DNA from: an uncultured Candidatus Saccharibacteria bacterium
GTDB taxonomy: Bacteria > Patescibacteriota > Minisyncoccia > Minisyncoccales > CAYZYK01
Direction of reading: 5' to 3'
Assembly (NCBI GenBank): GCA_964507665.1
Contig: CAZDPT010000001.1
Coordinates: 33,912 to 97,911, forward strand
DNA: 64,000 nt
Numbering within the stretch: position 1 is the first letter of the stretch; every line of letters begins with the position of its first letter. Made by a program: the position numbers and the translations under genes. This document shows positions 1 through 10,476 of this stretch, piece by piece. Under the pieces are notes generated by a model. That model was not told the origin of the DNA. It was given only the letters and a program-made list of their open reading frames with translations, and made no database searches.

Positions 1-127
1 TTTTTGCTAATTCTGTTATACTAATCTTATTTTCGGACTCAAAGGGCTGGGCAACTAAACTAAAAACGCCTCCGATTATGAGAAAAATCAGGATTATGAA
101 AATAAAGTTTTTAATTAATTTATTCAT
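1..127 (-). CDS. ftsH: Probable FtsH protease, N-terminal fragment (runs off window)
   Basis: Manual translation MNKLIKNFIFIILIFLIIGGVFSLVAQPFESENKISITELAK; a TM helix followed by an ISITEL-type motif, as in FtsH N-termini. Confidence 0.6.
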   Translation of the reverse strand, partial: MNKLIKNFIFIILIFLIIGGVFSLVAQPFESENKISITELAK

Positions 128-226
128 TCTTTCTTAAAACTAATATTAGACGATTATTTTTATCCTCTATGCCTTATACAATAGCAGAAAAATTCTCAGA
201 AATCAACTCTAAATTATAATTAAATT

Positions 227-263
227 AAAAAGAAAAGTCCCCCGCGGGATAGCGCAAGGGACT
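227..263 (-). terminator. Intrinsic terminator of ORF 297..926
   Basis: Minus strand AGTCCCTTGCG-CTATCC-CGCGGGGGACT followed by TTTCTTTTT. Confidence 0.8.
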
Positions 264-296
264 CGGGATAGACAGGGATTATAGGTTTGTAAGAGG

Positions 297-926
297 TTAG
301 TTGGCGTTCACGACGTTCTCCAGGAAGCTGATAGCTTTCTGGAACGTCCTAAGAATTTTATACGTGCGGTTGCCCTCGACTTTCTCCCAGAAGGCTTTCT
401 TTCTCTGGGCAGCCTTCTGTTTGAGGTCGCTTAGGTAGATGCTCTTCTTTTCGCAGGCAAACTCCAATTCGGCCCAGGCGACGTTAAAGGCCACTTGGTC
501 CAAGATTCGGTATCCCTCCCACACCCGGGGATACATAGCTTTGCACCTTCGCAGAGTTTCCTCGGGTATGGAACTTGCTGCGGTCCTTCGGGCCCACTCC
601 GTCAAGGAATTGGTACCCTCGATCTCCTCGATTTCCTCAAGAGAACCGGAGATGAGAAGTTGTTCTATCTCCTTTCTCTGGTCCTCAAAAGAGCTGTAGC
701 AGGCCCCACAGACGATGTCCTGTATTTTCTGCTTCTCCTCCCCGCAGACCGGACAGGACCGGATTAGCTTTTCGGCCTCGTCCAGGACCGGGTTGAGCTC
801 TTTCTCAACCCATGCGCGAAGATCTTCGCGGCTGGCGCCGTAGCCCAGATTCTGGGGAACCTGGGGGTCTTCCTGTCCGTTTATTTCTTTCACGTAAGGG
901 CTTTGCTGATGGGTGTTGGTACCCAT
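297..926 (-). CDS. Hypothetical protein with CxxC...CxxC Zn-ribbon-like motif (GC-rich ORFan)
   Basis: 209 aa ORF with CPVC...CGAC, an AAGGAGG SD, and its own promoter and terminator. Confidence 0.75.
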   Translation of the reverse strand: MGTNTHQQSPYVKEINGQEDPQVPQNLGYGASREDLRAWVEKELNPVLDEAEKLIRSCPVCGEEKQKIQDIVCGACYSSFEDQRKEIEQLLISGSLEEIEEIEGTNSLTEWARRTAASSIPEETLRRCKAMYPRVWEGYRILDQVAFNVAWAELEFACEKKSIYLSDLKQKAAQRKKAFWEKVEGNRTYKILRTFQKAISFLENVVNAN

Positions 927-1014
927 TTGATTCTTCCTCCTTGAGGTTGGATTGCGTCGAAACTACGCTACTGCAGGTCTATCCCTATCCCTGTCTATAT
1001 TAAGTACTGTCCCT

Positions 1015-1043
1015 ATTATAACGCAAAGTAAAAAACTTGTCAA
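1015..1043 (-). promoter_or_regulatory. Consensus sigma70 promoter
   Basis: TTGACA (1043-1038), 17 bp spacer, TATAAT (1020-1015). Confidence 0.85.
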
Positions 1044-1096
1044 GGGATGATGACAAGTTTGGTAAGATTCTATTTATTAAAGAAATGAAAGTAAGA

Positions 1097-2182
1097 TTAT
1101 TCTTCTTTTAATTTTAGGGTTACTCTGTACTCTTTGGGCTCGATTGAGAGAATTTCAAATTTGTATTCTTTCCCTATTTTTAGTTTTTCTTTCATCTTTT
1201 TTTCTGTTCCCAGTTCAGAAATATGGCAGAGCCCTTGAATTTTTGGGGTAATTTGAACAAAAGCCCCAAAAGGATTGAATTTAGTAACTTCTCCTTTAAT
1301 AATATCTCCTTTTTTGTGTTCTTTTTTAAATTCTTTCCAGGGATCTTCTTTTAATCTTTTGAGGGAGAGGAAAACTTGATTATTCTCATCAATTTTAATT
1401 ATCTTAACTTTAATTTTGTCCCCGACTTCAACAACGTCAGATGGATCTTCAATAAGTCGCCAAGCTAACTCTGAAATGTGACAGAGTCCCTCAATTTTAG
1501 GAGTTTTTTTCTTAGTTTTTTTCTGATTGACTGGAAATTTTATAAATGCTCCAAAATCTGCAATTCCGCTTATTTCTCCAGTGACTATGTCTCCTTCTTT
1601 GTATTCTTTTAAAGTCTCTTTTATTTTTTCTTTCTCTTTTGCTTTCTCAGATAGAATTAATTTATTCTCTTTGGGATTAAGATCCAGAATTTTAACTTCT
1701 AAGGTTTCTCCAATGAAGTTCTGCAGTTTTTGTAAGATTTTTTCTCTGTTCCCTTTTTTTACTCTTGGGTAATGCTCGGGAGATAATTGAGACACAGGCA
1801 GAAAAGCTTTTATTCCTTTTACTTTAGCTAAGAGACCTCCTTTATTAGCTCCTAGAATTTCCACTTTTATAATTTCTGCTTTTTCTTTCTTTTCTTTCAG
1901 TTTTTTCCAGGCTATTTCTCTTCTAGCTTTTATTAGAGAAAGTTCCCGGTAACCTTCTTCATTTTCTAAAGCAGTTAGTTTAGCTGAGACTTTATCTCCT
2001 GTCTCAAGATTCTTAAGATAATCTTTTGCGTTTTGGTATTCTCTACCGTAAATTATTCCTGTTCCATAGACTCCCAAATCCACAAAGACAGAGGATTTTC
2101 CCCAGGCAACAATCTCTCCTTTTACAATTGATCCTACTGTTGGAGGCCCTATTAAATTTTTGGTCTTTTTCATATTCTGCAT
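1097..2182 (-). CDS. rpsA: 30S ribosomal protein S1 (four S1 domains)
   Basis: Repeated S1 motifs: ANKGGL, AFLPVSQL, DFGAFI, EGLCHISEL, PFGAFV. Confidence 0.9.
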   Translation of the reverse strand: MQNMKKTKNLIGPPTVGSIVKGEIVAWGKSSVFVDLGVYGTGIIYGREYQNAKDYLKNLETGDKVSAKLTALENEEGYRELSLIKARREIAWKKLKEKKEKAEIIKVEILGANKGGLLAKVKGIKAFLPVSQLSPEHYPRVKKGNREKILQKLQNFIGETLEVKILDLNPKENKLILSEKAKEKEKIKETLKEYKEGDIVTGEISGIADFGAFIKFPVNQKKTKKKTPKIEGLCHISELAWRLIEDPSDVVEVGDKIKVKIIKIDENNQVFLSLKRLKEDPWKEFKKEHKKGDIIKGEVTKFNPFGAFVQITPKIQGLCHISELGTEKKMKEKLKIGKEYKFEILSIEPKEYRVTLKLKEE

Positions 2183-2352
2183 ATAATAATAGATATTATT
2201 ATACCTTCTTCTTTTTTTTAAATCAAGTCCCTTTTTGCTTAAATCAAATACAGAGAAAAGTTAATTGAATCAGAAGATATAAGGTAAATTTAAGTTGAAT
2301 TTTTAGAGAATTTTTGCTAAAATTACTAAATGAATAAAAACTGAGTCAAATT

Positions 2353-3003
2353 ATGAAAATTACATGGGCAGGTCAATCCTGCTTTAAAATTGTTATTTCC
2401 AAAGGAAGGAAGAAAGTTAAGATAGCAATAGATCCTTTTACTAAAAAGATAGGCCTTTCTCCTCCTTCTTTTTCTGCTGATATTTTACTTATAACTCATG
2501 ATCATAATGATCATAATAATATCAAAACTATAAAAGGCAACCCCTTTTTAATTGAAGGCCCGGGTGAATACGAGATTCAAAAGATATTCATAAAAGGAAT
2601 TTCTTCTTTTCATGACAAAGTGGAGGGCAAAAAGAAAGGTAAGAACACAATATATACTTTAAGGGATGGAGGAATGAAGGTCTGTCATCTCGGTGATTTG
2701 GGGCAGAAACAATTGACAGATTCCCAAATTGAAAAAATAGGAGGAGTAGATATTTTAATGGTTCCAGTGGGTGGAAATTATACTATTTCAGCTAAAGAGG
2801 CCCAAGGTATTATTTCTCAAATTGAACCCAAAATAGTAATTCCTATGCATTATGAGATTCCGAAACTTAAACCAAAACTGGACAGTTTAAAAAAGTTTTT
2901 GAAAGCAATGGGTCAAAACTCAGTCAAGAAAAAGTCTCATTTTTCAATAAAAGAAAAAAACCTACCCACAGAGAAAATGGAAATAATAGCTCTCCGACCT
3001 TAA
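2353..3003 (+). CDS. MBL-fold metallo-hydrolase (lactamase_B_3-like)
   Basis: THDHNDH, HLGDLG and PMHY motifs. Confidence 0.9.
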   Translation: MKITWAGQSCFKIVISKGRKKVKIAIDPFTKKIGLSPPSFSADILLITHDHNDHNNIKTIKGNPFLIEGPGEYEIQKIFIKGISSFHDKVEGKKKGKNTIYTLRDGGMKVCHLGDLGQKQLTDSQIEKIGGVDILMVPVGGNYTISAKEAQGIISQIEPKIVIPMHYEIPKLKPKLDSLKKFLKAMGQNSVKKKSHFSIKEKNLPTEKMEIIALRP

Positions 3004-3461
3004 TGGACCCAAAAAACAACATCAAATCTTCTCCTGAAGAAAATAATCTTCGAAATAGAATTAAAGATATTTTAGAAAGAACTCAAGGTCTTCCCCAGAA
3101 AACAAAAAAAGTTATTTTAGTTTTGATAGTTTTGATAGTAGGTCTAATCCTCGGTTTTATCTGGCTTCAGCAAACAAAAAAAAGACTAGCAGATTTTAAA
3201 AAAGAAGGCTTGATGGGAGAATATAATATCTCTTCTCTTAAAGAAGAAATAGAAGGGGAATTACAAGGAGCATTTTCATCAGAAATAGGAGTTAATACAG
3301 AAAGACTTAAGAGATTAAAGAAATTGATGGAGGAGAATCCAGAGCAAGCAAAAAAACTATTAGAAGAGATCAAACAGAACCCAGAAAAAGCAGAACAATT
3401 AATATCGGAATTTGAGAAAAAGAATAATTCTTCTGTCCCAGAAGAAAAATTAGAAGAATAA
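3003..3461 (+). CDS. Hypothetical single-pass membrane protein with coiled coil
   Basis: 152 aa, one hydrophobic helix, start overlaps the upstream stop (TAATG). Confidence 0.7.
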   Translation: MDPKNNIKSSPEENNLRNRIKDILERTQGLPQKTKKVILVLIVLIVGLILGFIWLQQTKKRLADFKKEGLMGEYNISSLKEEIEGELQGAFSSEIGVNTERLKRLKKLMEENPEQAKKLLEEIKQNPEKAEQLISEFEKKNNSSVPEEKLEE

Positions 3462-3470
3462 TTATATATT

Positions 3471-6400
3471 ATGGCAAAATCTTCAAAAACTAAAACAAAA
3501 GAAATAGGTGAAGTAAAAGAGAGAAAAATAACAGAAGAGATGAAAGAGAGTTATATTGACTATGCTATGTCAGTTATTATTTCCAGAGCCTTGCCTGATG
3601 TCAGAGATGGTTTGAAGCCAGTTCACCGCAGAATTCTATATGCAATGTATGAGGATAGACTACTTCATAATGCCAGTTTCAGAAAATCAGCTACTGTAGT
3701 GGGGGCTTGCCTGAGTCGATATCATCCTCATGGAGATGTAGCTGTTTATAATTCTTTAGCAAGAATGACCCAAGATTTTTCTCTAAGATATCCGTTGACT
3801 TCCGGACAGGGAAATTGGGGTTCAATTGATGACCCTTCAGAATTTGCTGCAATGAGATATTGTATTACTGGTGATTCAATGATTGTTACCGACAGATGCT
3901 TAGAAAAAGTTGGGGAAGTTTCGGATAAAGAAGATATCTCTTTAAAGGTTTTATCTATGGGGAAAAAGGTGAATCAGGCATCAAAATGGTTTGATTCTGG
4001 AATTCACCCTGTTTTACAAATTAAAACTCATCGTGGTTATTCTTTGAGGGGGACATTTAATCATCCAATATTAACTTTGGTTCAGAACCAGGAGACAGGT
4101 AAACCAAACTTTAAATGGAAACTATTGGAAAACATTGAGAAAGGTGATTTTGCTGTTATTGATAGAAGTGACACTTTCTGGCCAGAAAAAGAACCTAGTT
4201 TAAAAAAATATTTTCCTGAAAGAGAAAGAAAAGACCGTGCTTTTGTTTATAACTTACCTTCTAAAATGAACCAGGACTTAGCTTTCTTAATGGGGGCTAT
4301 AACGGCTGAGGGCTATATTTCTATAGGAAAGAAGAGCGGAGCTCATAAGATAGGTTTTTGTAACACCGACAAGGAATTTCTTGATGGGTTTAGAAAAAGA
4401 TTTAAGAATCTATTTCCAAATTGTAAGATTTATGAACAAAAAAGAGACTCCTTAAGTTATGGTAAGAAAGAATTTGTCTCCTTTGAAATATGTTCTAAAT
4501 ATCTTGTTGAATTTTTGAAAAATTTAGGCCTTCAAGAAGTTCTTTCTGATAAAAAAAGAGTCCCTGAAATAATATTTCATTCTAGTAAGAAATCTGTAGC
4601 AGAGTTTCTAAAAGGATATTTTGAGGGGGACGGGGGGGTTTATCAAAACGTTGATTCTGGCTGGATAGAAGCCTCCTCTGCTAGTGGAGATTTATTTGAA
4701 GAGATACAAAATATTTTATTAAGGTTTGGTATAGTTTGTTCGGTGGTATATAACCAAAAAAGGAAAGAGTTTAAATTACTTATTAGAGGTTATAATAATC
4801 TGGGCCAGTTTAGAGAAAAGATTAATTTTCTTTCAAAAAGGAACAAAAATAAACTTAAAAAGTTTTCTCGCATTTATTCGGGAACCGCAATATCCAAAAC
4901 AGATTATATTCCCTTTCTTTCCCGGTATATAAGAAAAAAATATAAAAAGAAGGAAATAAATCCCGAGGATAAAAAATATCTTCGAACTCACAACCTTGAC
5001 AGATATTCCAAATTAAAGAAATATTTTCCTTATTTAAAAAAGATACTAGATAAGTCCGATATTGAACTTATTGAGAACTTTCTCGAAAATCATTATCTGT
5101 TTGATTCTATTGTCTCTATTAAGAAGAAATCAAAAGAGAGAGTGTATTCTTTAAGGATAGATAGTTCTTGCCATTCTTTTGTTTCTAACGGTTTTATTAG
5201 CCATAATACTGAAACAAAACTTTCAAAAATTGGAGAAGAAATGTTAAGAGACATTAAAAAAGACACAGTTGATTTTGAAGACAATTACGATGGGACCAGA
5301 CAAGAGCCAGTTGTTTTACCTTCTCCTGTCCCTCAACTTTTATTAAATGGAGCTTTGGGTATTGCAGTTGGTATGGCCACAAAGATTCCTCCTCATAATC
5401 TTTCTGAGGTTTGTGATGCTTGTTGTTTTCTTATTGAAAATCCAGAAGCTGAAACCTCTGATTTGTTTAAATTTATTAAAGGACCTGATTTTCCAACCGG
5501 TGGTATGATTTTTGATAAAAAGGAGATTATTTCTGCTTATTCTCAAGGCAAAGGTAAGATTGTGATGAGAGCCAAAACTAACATAGAAAAAAAGAAAGGG
5601 GGGGGAGCTAAAATTATAATTACAGAAATTCCCTATCAAGTTCAAAAAACCAGTTTAATTTCTAAGATGGCTAAGTTAGTTTCTGATAAGAAGATTAAAG
5701 GGATAAAAGATATTAAAGATTTATCAGATAGAGAAGGCATGAGAATTGAAGTAACAGCAAAAAAAGGTTCAAATCCTCGCAGAATTCTGAACAGACTCTA
5801 TAAATTTACCAATCTTCAGAAGAATTTCTATTTGAATATGTTAGCTATCGTTGATGGAATTCAGCCCAAAATTCTTTCTTTGACTGATGTTCTTTCTTAT
5901 TTCATTGCTCACAGAAAAGAGGTTGTGAAAAGAAGGACTAAATTTGAATTAGAGAAAGCAAAAGACAGAGCTCATATTCTTGAAGGGTTGAGTGTAGCTT
6001 TGAAAAATATTGATGATGTTATAGCAACAATTAAGAAATCAGCTAACCGTGATAAAGCTAAGAAAAACTTGAAGAAAAAGTTTGAATTAAGTAACAAGCA
6101 AGCAGAAGCAATATTACAGATGCGTCTTCAAGCCTTAGCTAAACTTGAAAGAGAAAAGATAGAAAAAGAATTCAAGGAATTAAAAAAGAAAATTAAGAAA
6201 TTAAAGGCAATTTTGAAAAGCAAAAAGAAGATTAAAGAAATTGTTAAAAAAGAATTAAAAGAAGTAAAAGAAAAATATGGGGATAAAAGAAAAACTAAAG
6301 TCAAAAAAGGTAAAATCAAAAGGATAAAAGAAGCAGATCTAGTTCCTTTACGGGAAACAATTATTACCCTGACAAAAGGAGGGTATGTTAAAAGAATTAA

Positions 6401-7319
6401 ACCAGGCACTTATAAGATTCAGAGAAGAGGCGGTAAAGGAATTATTGGTATGAAAACAAGGAAAAAGGATATTGTTGAACATTTTGTTTCTGCGTCAACA
6501 CATGATAAACTTCTCTTTTTTACAGACTCTGGAAAGGTTTTTCAAACTAAAGTTTACGAAATTCCAAAGGCAAAAAGAGTGGCCCGAGGTAGAGGCTTAG
6601 TTAACTTTTTAGATCTCTCCACAGAAGAGAATGTTTTATCTTTAATTCCCTTAAAGAAACAAGAAGAGAAGGGGATTAAGTATTTGGTTATGGTTACAAA
6701 AAATGGTAAAATAAAGAAAACAAGTTTAGATAAGTTCCAAAACGTAAGAAGAACTGGAATTCGAGCTATAAAGTTGAGAAAGGGAGATTTAGTAAGAGGT
6801 GTTATAAAAACTACTGGAAAAGACCAAATAATCCTGATTACCAAGAAAGGGAAATCAATAAGATTTAAAGAACAACAAGTAAGATCTATGGGTAGAGCAA
6901 CTTATGGAGTAAAAGGTATTAAACTTAAGAAAGGAGATGAGATAATTGGAATAGATGTTATCCATTCAGCAGACAAGAAGAAATCCAAGAAAAAAGAAAA
7001 GAAAAGCAAAAAAGGAAAGAAAACAGTATTGGTGGTTACAGAATCAGGTTATGGTAAAAGAACTCCTCTCTCGAAGTATAGAACTCAGAAGAGGGGAGGA
7101 GTAGGAATAAAGACAGCTAATATAAATAAGAAAACGGGCCAGATTGTAATTGGAAAAGTTCTAAGTTCTGAAGAAAAGGATCTAATTGTAATTTCAAGAA
7201 AAGGACAAGTGATAAGAGTTAAGATTGATTCTATTTCTATCCACAACAGAGCAACTCAGGGAGTTAGAATTATGAGGCTGAAAGAAGGAGATAAAGTAGC
7301 TTCTGGTACCTGTATTTAA
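3471..7319 (+). CDS. gyrA: DNA gyrase subunit A containing an intein
   Basis: [27 protein letters not shown], GyrA-box QRRGGKG, C-terminal beta-pinwheel repeats. Confidence 0.98.
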   Translation: MAKSSKTKTKEIGEVKERKITEEMKESYIDYAMSVIISRALPDVRDGLKPVHRRILYAMYEDRLLHNASFRKSATVVGACLSRYHPHGDVAVYNSLARMTQDFSLRYPLTSGQGNWGSIDDPSEFAAMRYCITGDSMIVTDRCLEKVGEVSDKEDISLKVLSMGKKVNQASKWFDSGIHPVLQIKTHRGYSLRGTFNHPILTLVQNQETGKPNFKWKLLENIEKGDFAVIDRSDTFWPEKEPSLKKYFPERERKDRAFVYNLPSKMNQDLAFLMGAITAEGYISIGKKSGAHKIGFCNTDKEFLDGFRKRFKNLFPNCKIYEQKRDSLSYGKKEFVSFEICSKYLVEFLKNLGLQEVLSDKKRVPEIIFHSSKKSVAEFLKGYFEGDGGVYQNVDSGWIEASSASGDLFEEIQNILLRFGIVCSVVYNQKRKEFKLLIRGYNNLGQFREKINFLSKRNKNKLKKFSRIYSGTAISKTDYIPFLSRYIRKKYKKKEINPEDKKYLRTHNLDRYSKLKKYFPYLKKILDKSDIELIENFLENHYLFDSIVSIKKKSKERVYSLRIDSSCHSFVSNGFISHNTETKLSKIGEEMLRDIKKDTVDFEDNYDGTRQEPVVLPSPVPQLLLNGALGIAVGMATKIPPHNLSEVCDACCFLIENPEAETSDLFKFIKGPDFPTGGMIFDKKEIISAYSQGKGKIVMRAKTNIEKKKGGGAKIIITEIPYQVQKTSLISKMAKLVSDKKIKGIKDIKDLSDREGMRIEVTAKKGSNPRRILNRLYKFTNLQKNFYLNMLAIVDGIQPKILSLTDVLSYFIAHRKEVVKRRTKFELEKAKDRAHILEGLSVALKNIDDVIATIKKSANRDKAKKNLKKKFELSNKQAEAILQMRLQALAKLEREKIEKEFKELKKKIKKLKAILKSKKKIKEIVKKELKEVKEKYGDKRKTKVKKGKIKRIKEADLVPLRETIITLTKGGYVKRIKPGTYKIQRRGGKGIIGMKTRKKDIVEHFVSASTHDKLLFFTDSGKVFQTKVYEIPKAKRVARGRGLVNFLDLSTEENVLSLIPLKKQEEKGIKYLVMVTKNGKIKKTSLDKFQNVRRTGIRAIKLRKGDLVRGVIKTTGKDQIILITKKGKSIRFKEQQVRSMGRATYGVKGIKLKKGDEIIGIDVIHSADKKKSKKKEKKSKKGKKTVLVVTESGYGKRTPLSKYRTQKRGGVGIKTANINKKTGQIVIGKVLSSEEKDLIVISRKGQVIRVKIDSISIHNRATQGVRIMRLKEGDKVASGTCI
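3861..5207 (+). mobile_element. Intein (449 aa) with LAGLIDADG homing endonuclease, inserted directly after the catalytic Tyr
   Basis: AAMRY|CITGDS...GTFNHPI...[11 protein letters not shown]|TETKL; LAGLIDADG-like motifs LMGAITAEG and [10 protein letters not shown]. Confidence 0.96.
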
Positions 7320-7342
7320 AAAAACATTATATTTAACAATTT

Positions 7343-7855
7343 ATGTTCGATCCAGAAGAAGTTTTAAACAATTTGGATTTGAGAAGCAATATGACAGCTG
7401 CTGAATTTGGATGTGGCGGGGGAGGTTTCGCTATCCCCCTGGCTAAAAGACTAAAACAAGGAAAAGTTTATGGTTTGGATATTCAAGAAGAAAAGTTATC
7501 TGCCTTAAAGAATAAAGCAACTTTGGAGAATATTTCTAATATACAGACTATTGTTTGTGATTTAGAAAAAGAAAAAGGTTCCACCTTAAAGGGTGGATCT
7601 TTAGATTTAGTTTTGATTCCAAATGTTTTATTTCAAGCAGAGGATAAAACTGCTATAATAAAGGAAGCTAAAAGAGTTTTAAAAGAAGCTGGGGAAATTC
7701 TTGTGGTGGATTGGAAAAAAGAATCCTCTTTGGGACCAAAACAGGGAAGGGTTTCAAAAGAGGAAGTTCAGAAAATTACAAAAGAAATAGGGCTTAAATT
7801 AAAAAAAGAGTTTTCTCCAGGTGACTATCATTATGGTTTGGTATTTAGAAAATAG
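7343..7855 (+). CDS. Class I SAM-dependent methyltransferase
   Basis: AAEFGCGGG motif I, VYGLDI, RVLKEAGEILVVDW. Confidence 0.88.
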   Translation: MFDPEEVLNNLDLRSNMTAAEFGCGGGGFAIPLAKRLKQGKVYGLDIQEEKLSALKNKATLENISNIQTIVCDLEKEKGSTLKGGSLDLVLIPNVLFQAEDKTAIIKEAKRVLKEAGEILVVDWKKESSLGPKQGRVSKEEVQKITKEIGLKLKKEFSPGDYHYGLVFRK

Positions 7856-7866
7856 TTGATATAAAT

Positions 7867-8220
7867 ATGTTAATAAAAAAATCTTTTGTTCTCTTAATAT
7901 TGTTTTTGATCTTGCTGCTCTCTTCAAGCTTTGCGAAGGCAGTTATGATTGATAATCCTCTACAGGCTGAAAGTTTTTCAGATCTTATCAAGGCAATTGC
8001 GGAAATAATTTCAAGTATTGTTGGTGTTTTGGCTGTTTTAATGTTGATAATTGCGGGAATCTATTTTGTTACAGCAGCAGGTGATCCAAATCAAATCTCT
8101 AAAGCTAAAACCATGGTAAAATATGCTATAATAGGAGTTATTATCGCTACTTTAGCTGGGGCTATAGGGAGTGTAATTGAAGAAAAGTTATTAACAAAAG
8201 GCTTGTTGATAATTTTTTAA
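7867..8220 (+). CDS. TrbC/VirB2-like pilin 1
   Basis: Signal peptide, I.NPL motif, TM-AAGDPNQISKAK-TM. Confidence 0.85.
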   Translation: MLIKKSFVLLILFLILLLSSSFAKAVMIDNPLQAESFSDLIKAIAEIISSIVGVLAVLMLIIAGIYFVTAAGDPNQISKAKTMVKYAIIGVIIATLAGAIGSVIEEKLLTKGLLIIF

Positions 8221-8289
8221 GTATTTATTAAGATATTATAATATAATTCAAAGGTCGAAATTTAAGATTTAAAATATAAAAACAAAAAC

Positions 8290-8607
8290 ATGAAAAGAGT
8301 ATTATCTGCTTTAATTCTCACAAGTCTCTTAGCTGTACCTCTTTTAGTGACAGCCCAAGGTGAACCAACACCTCCTGGAGATATTGAAGATATTCTTATT
8401 ACGATAAGAGGTATATTATGGGGTGCCTTCACTATCTTTGCTGTGATTATGTTTATTTATGCGGGTATCTTGTTTTTTACTGCCGGGGGTGATCCAGAAA
8501 AAGCAGCTAAAGCAAAAAGCGCTGTTATATTCGGAGTTGCTGGAATAGCAATTGCTATCTTAGGTTATGGAATTGTTGAGATTATGAGAGGAATTATGGG
8601 AGCCTGA
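8290..8607 (+). CDS. TrbC/VirB2-like pilin 2
   Basis: Signal peptide, MFIYAGILFFTAGGDPEKAAKAK, second TM. Confidence 0.85.
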   Translation: MKRVLSALILTSLLAVPLLVTAQGEPTPPGDIEDILITIRGILWGAFTIFAVIMFIYAGILFFTAGGDPEKAAKAKSAVIFGVAGIAIAILGYGIVEIMRGIMGA

Positions 8608-8654
8608 TAAATTGACTTTCGGAGATTGAATAGAATTATAGTGTTTTATTTTAA

Positions 8655-8699
8655 AATGGGTTCTAAGCCATAGGGTTTTGAAATGGCTTAGAACTCATT
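8655..8699. repeat. 17-bp inverted repeat between the duplicated pilins
   Basis: AATGGGTTCTAAGCCAT ... ATGGCTTAGAACTCATT. Confidence 0.8.
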
Positions 8700-8754
8700 A
8701 TTTGGGTAAAAATAATTAAAAAAGGTTGAATTCTAAAATAAATTATATAAAAAC

Positions 8755-9072
8755 ATGAAAAGAGTATTATCTGCTTTAATTCTCACAAGTCTCTTAGCTG
8801 TACCTCTTTTAGTGACAGCCCAAGGTGAACCAACACCTCCTGGAGATATTGAAGATATTCTTATTACGATAAGAGGTATATTATGGGGTGCCTTCACTAT
8901 CTTTGCTGTGATTATGTTTATTTATGCGGGTATCTTGTTTTTTACTGCCGGGGGTGATCCAGAAAAAGCAGCTAAAGCAAAAAGCGCTGTTATATTCGGA
9001 GTTGCTGGAATAGCAATTGCTATCTTAGGTTATGGAATTGTTGAGATTATTAAAGGAATTATGGGGGCTTGA
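8755..9072 (+). CDS. TrbC/VirB2-like pilin 3 (near-identical copy of pilin 2)
   Basis: Same as 8290..8607 except the last codons (IMRG vs IIKG). Confidence 0.85.
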   Translation: MKRVLSALILTSLLAVPLLVTAQGEPTPPGDIEDILITIRGILWGAFTIFAVIMFIYAGILFFTAGGDPEKAAKAKSAVIFGVAGIAIAILGYGIVEIIKGIMGA

Positions 9073-9214
9073 GTTAATTTACTTTCTTCTTCCAAATAAG
9101 TTGACAATTCTTATCTCAAGAGTTATTTTAAAAGAAGAGTTTTTAAGCCTTTAAAAGGTCGTTCTAAATTCTATTTTCAAGTAAAATCTTGGATAAAAGA
9201 TAAGTTTAAAAAAC

Positions 9215-9544
9215 ATGAGAAAGATATTTGCAATTTTAGTTCTTAGTATTTTTTTGAGTTTGCCCTTTTTGGTATCTGGGGCTCTTCCTTCAGATCCTGG
9301 CTATAGCTGGTGGACAGATCTTGAAAGCGTACTAGAAGGTATATTAAGTAAATTTTGGACGATTTTTGTAGTTTTTTCTGTTATGGCCTTTATTTACGCT
9401 GGTTTCTTATTTTTAACCTCATCTGGAGATCCTGACAGAATAAAAAGAGCGAAGGGAGCTTTCATCTGGGGTGTGGTCGGTGTAGCTGCTGCTATTCTTG
9501 GTTATGCGATGATTAATATCATTAAGGGTATAGTTGGAGCTTGA
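9215..9544 (+). CDS. TrbC/VirB2-like pilin 4
   Basis: FIYAGFLFLTSSGDPDRIKRAKGAFIWG. Confidence 0.85.
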   Translation: MRKIFAILVLSIFLSLPFLVSGALPSDPGYSWWTDLESVLEGILSKFWTIFVVFSVMAFIYAGFLFLTSSGDPDRIKRAKGAFIWGVVGVAAAILGYAMINIIKGIVGA

Positions 9545-9775
9545 GATATTCTCTTAAAAATTATTCCCTGGTGTAGTTTTCAGGATAATATTATTTTGAA
9601 ATTGTCAGTAATTTAGATTAAGCAAGAAAGTAATTACAAAGAGCTAAAATAGTAAGAGTATTAGGTTGATATTTAAAACACAAAAGAATATATCTTTGAC
9701 AATTTAGAGATTGAAGATTCCTCAAATAGAGCACATATATTTTAATTAGGACAGTACAATAATTTAAATAAAATT

Positions 9776-10078
9776 ATGAGAATAGTTTTAATTAGTTTGT
9801 TTTGCTTTGTTGTTTTAATTTTACCCTTTACAGTAAATGCTCAGATTACTTGGAAGCAACTCAGTGGAGGTCTTATATCAGCAGCTTGGTCTATTTTTGC
9901 AGTTGTGGTTATTTTAAGTTTTATTTACGCTGCTTTGTTGTTTCTCAGCTCAGCGGGAGAGCCAGATAAAGTTAGCAGAGCAAAAAGAGCTTTTATTTGG
10001 GGAGTAGCTGGTGTAGTAGTTGGACTTCTTGCTTTTACAATAATAAGTCTTATAAAGGGAATAGTTGGAGCATCATAA
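9776..10078 (+). CDS. TrbC/VirB2-like pilin 5
   Basis: FIYAALLFLSSAGEPDKVSRAKRAFIWG. Confidence 0.85.
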   Translation: MRIVLISLFCFVVLILPFTVNAQITWKQLSGGLISAAWSIFAVVVILSFIYAALLFLSSAGEPDKVSRAKRAFIWGVAGVVVGLLAFTIISLIKGIVGAS

Positions 10079-10114
10079 GTCTTATGAAGGAGATTTTATA
10101 CTAAAATATCTATA

Positions 10115-10414
10115 ATGAAAATGAAGAAAAAAACCTTAATTATTATACTTTTTCTTTTTGTTTTGCCTCTCGTGGCTAATGCTGGTTATCTTGACTCGAT
10201 ACTAATCGGAATTAAAAATGCAATGATTAAAATTGCAGCTGCTGTAGTGATAGTAATGTTTCTTTGGGCTGCTATATTATTTGCTACAGCTTCAGGAGAA
10301 CCAGATAAAATTACGAAAGCAAAAAAAGCTTTTATTTGGAGTATTGCTGCAGCAATAGTAGCTATTATTGCTACTTCTATGTTTAGTTTAATTAGTGAAC
10401 TTACTGGTTTATAG
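10115..10414 (+). CDS. TrbC/VirB2-like pilin 6
   Basis: MFLWAAILFATASGEPDKITKAKKAFIW. Confidence 0.85.
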   Translation: MKMKKKTLIIILFLFVLPLVANAGYLDSILIGIKNAMIKIAAAVVIVMFLWAAILFATASGEPDKITKAKKAFIWSIAAAIVAIIATSMFSLISELTGL

Positions 10415-10476
10415 TATTCTTTTTAATTCTAGAGGAATATTTAGAAGTTTAAAATAATCTTATCAATTATTACTAA

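Noticed and set aside
439-1003. Plus-strand ORFs 439..699, 495..767 and 812..1003
   Set aside because: Shadows of the GC-rich minus-strand gene, which has the promoter, SD and terminator.
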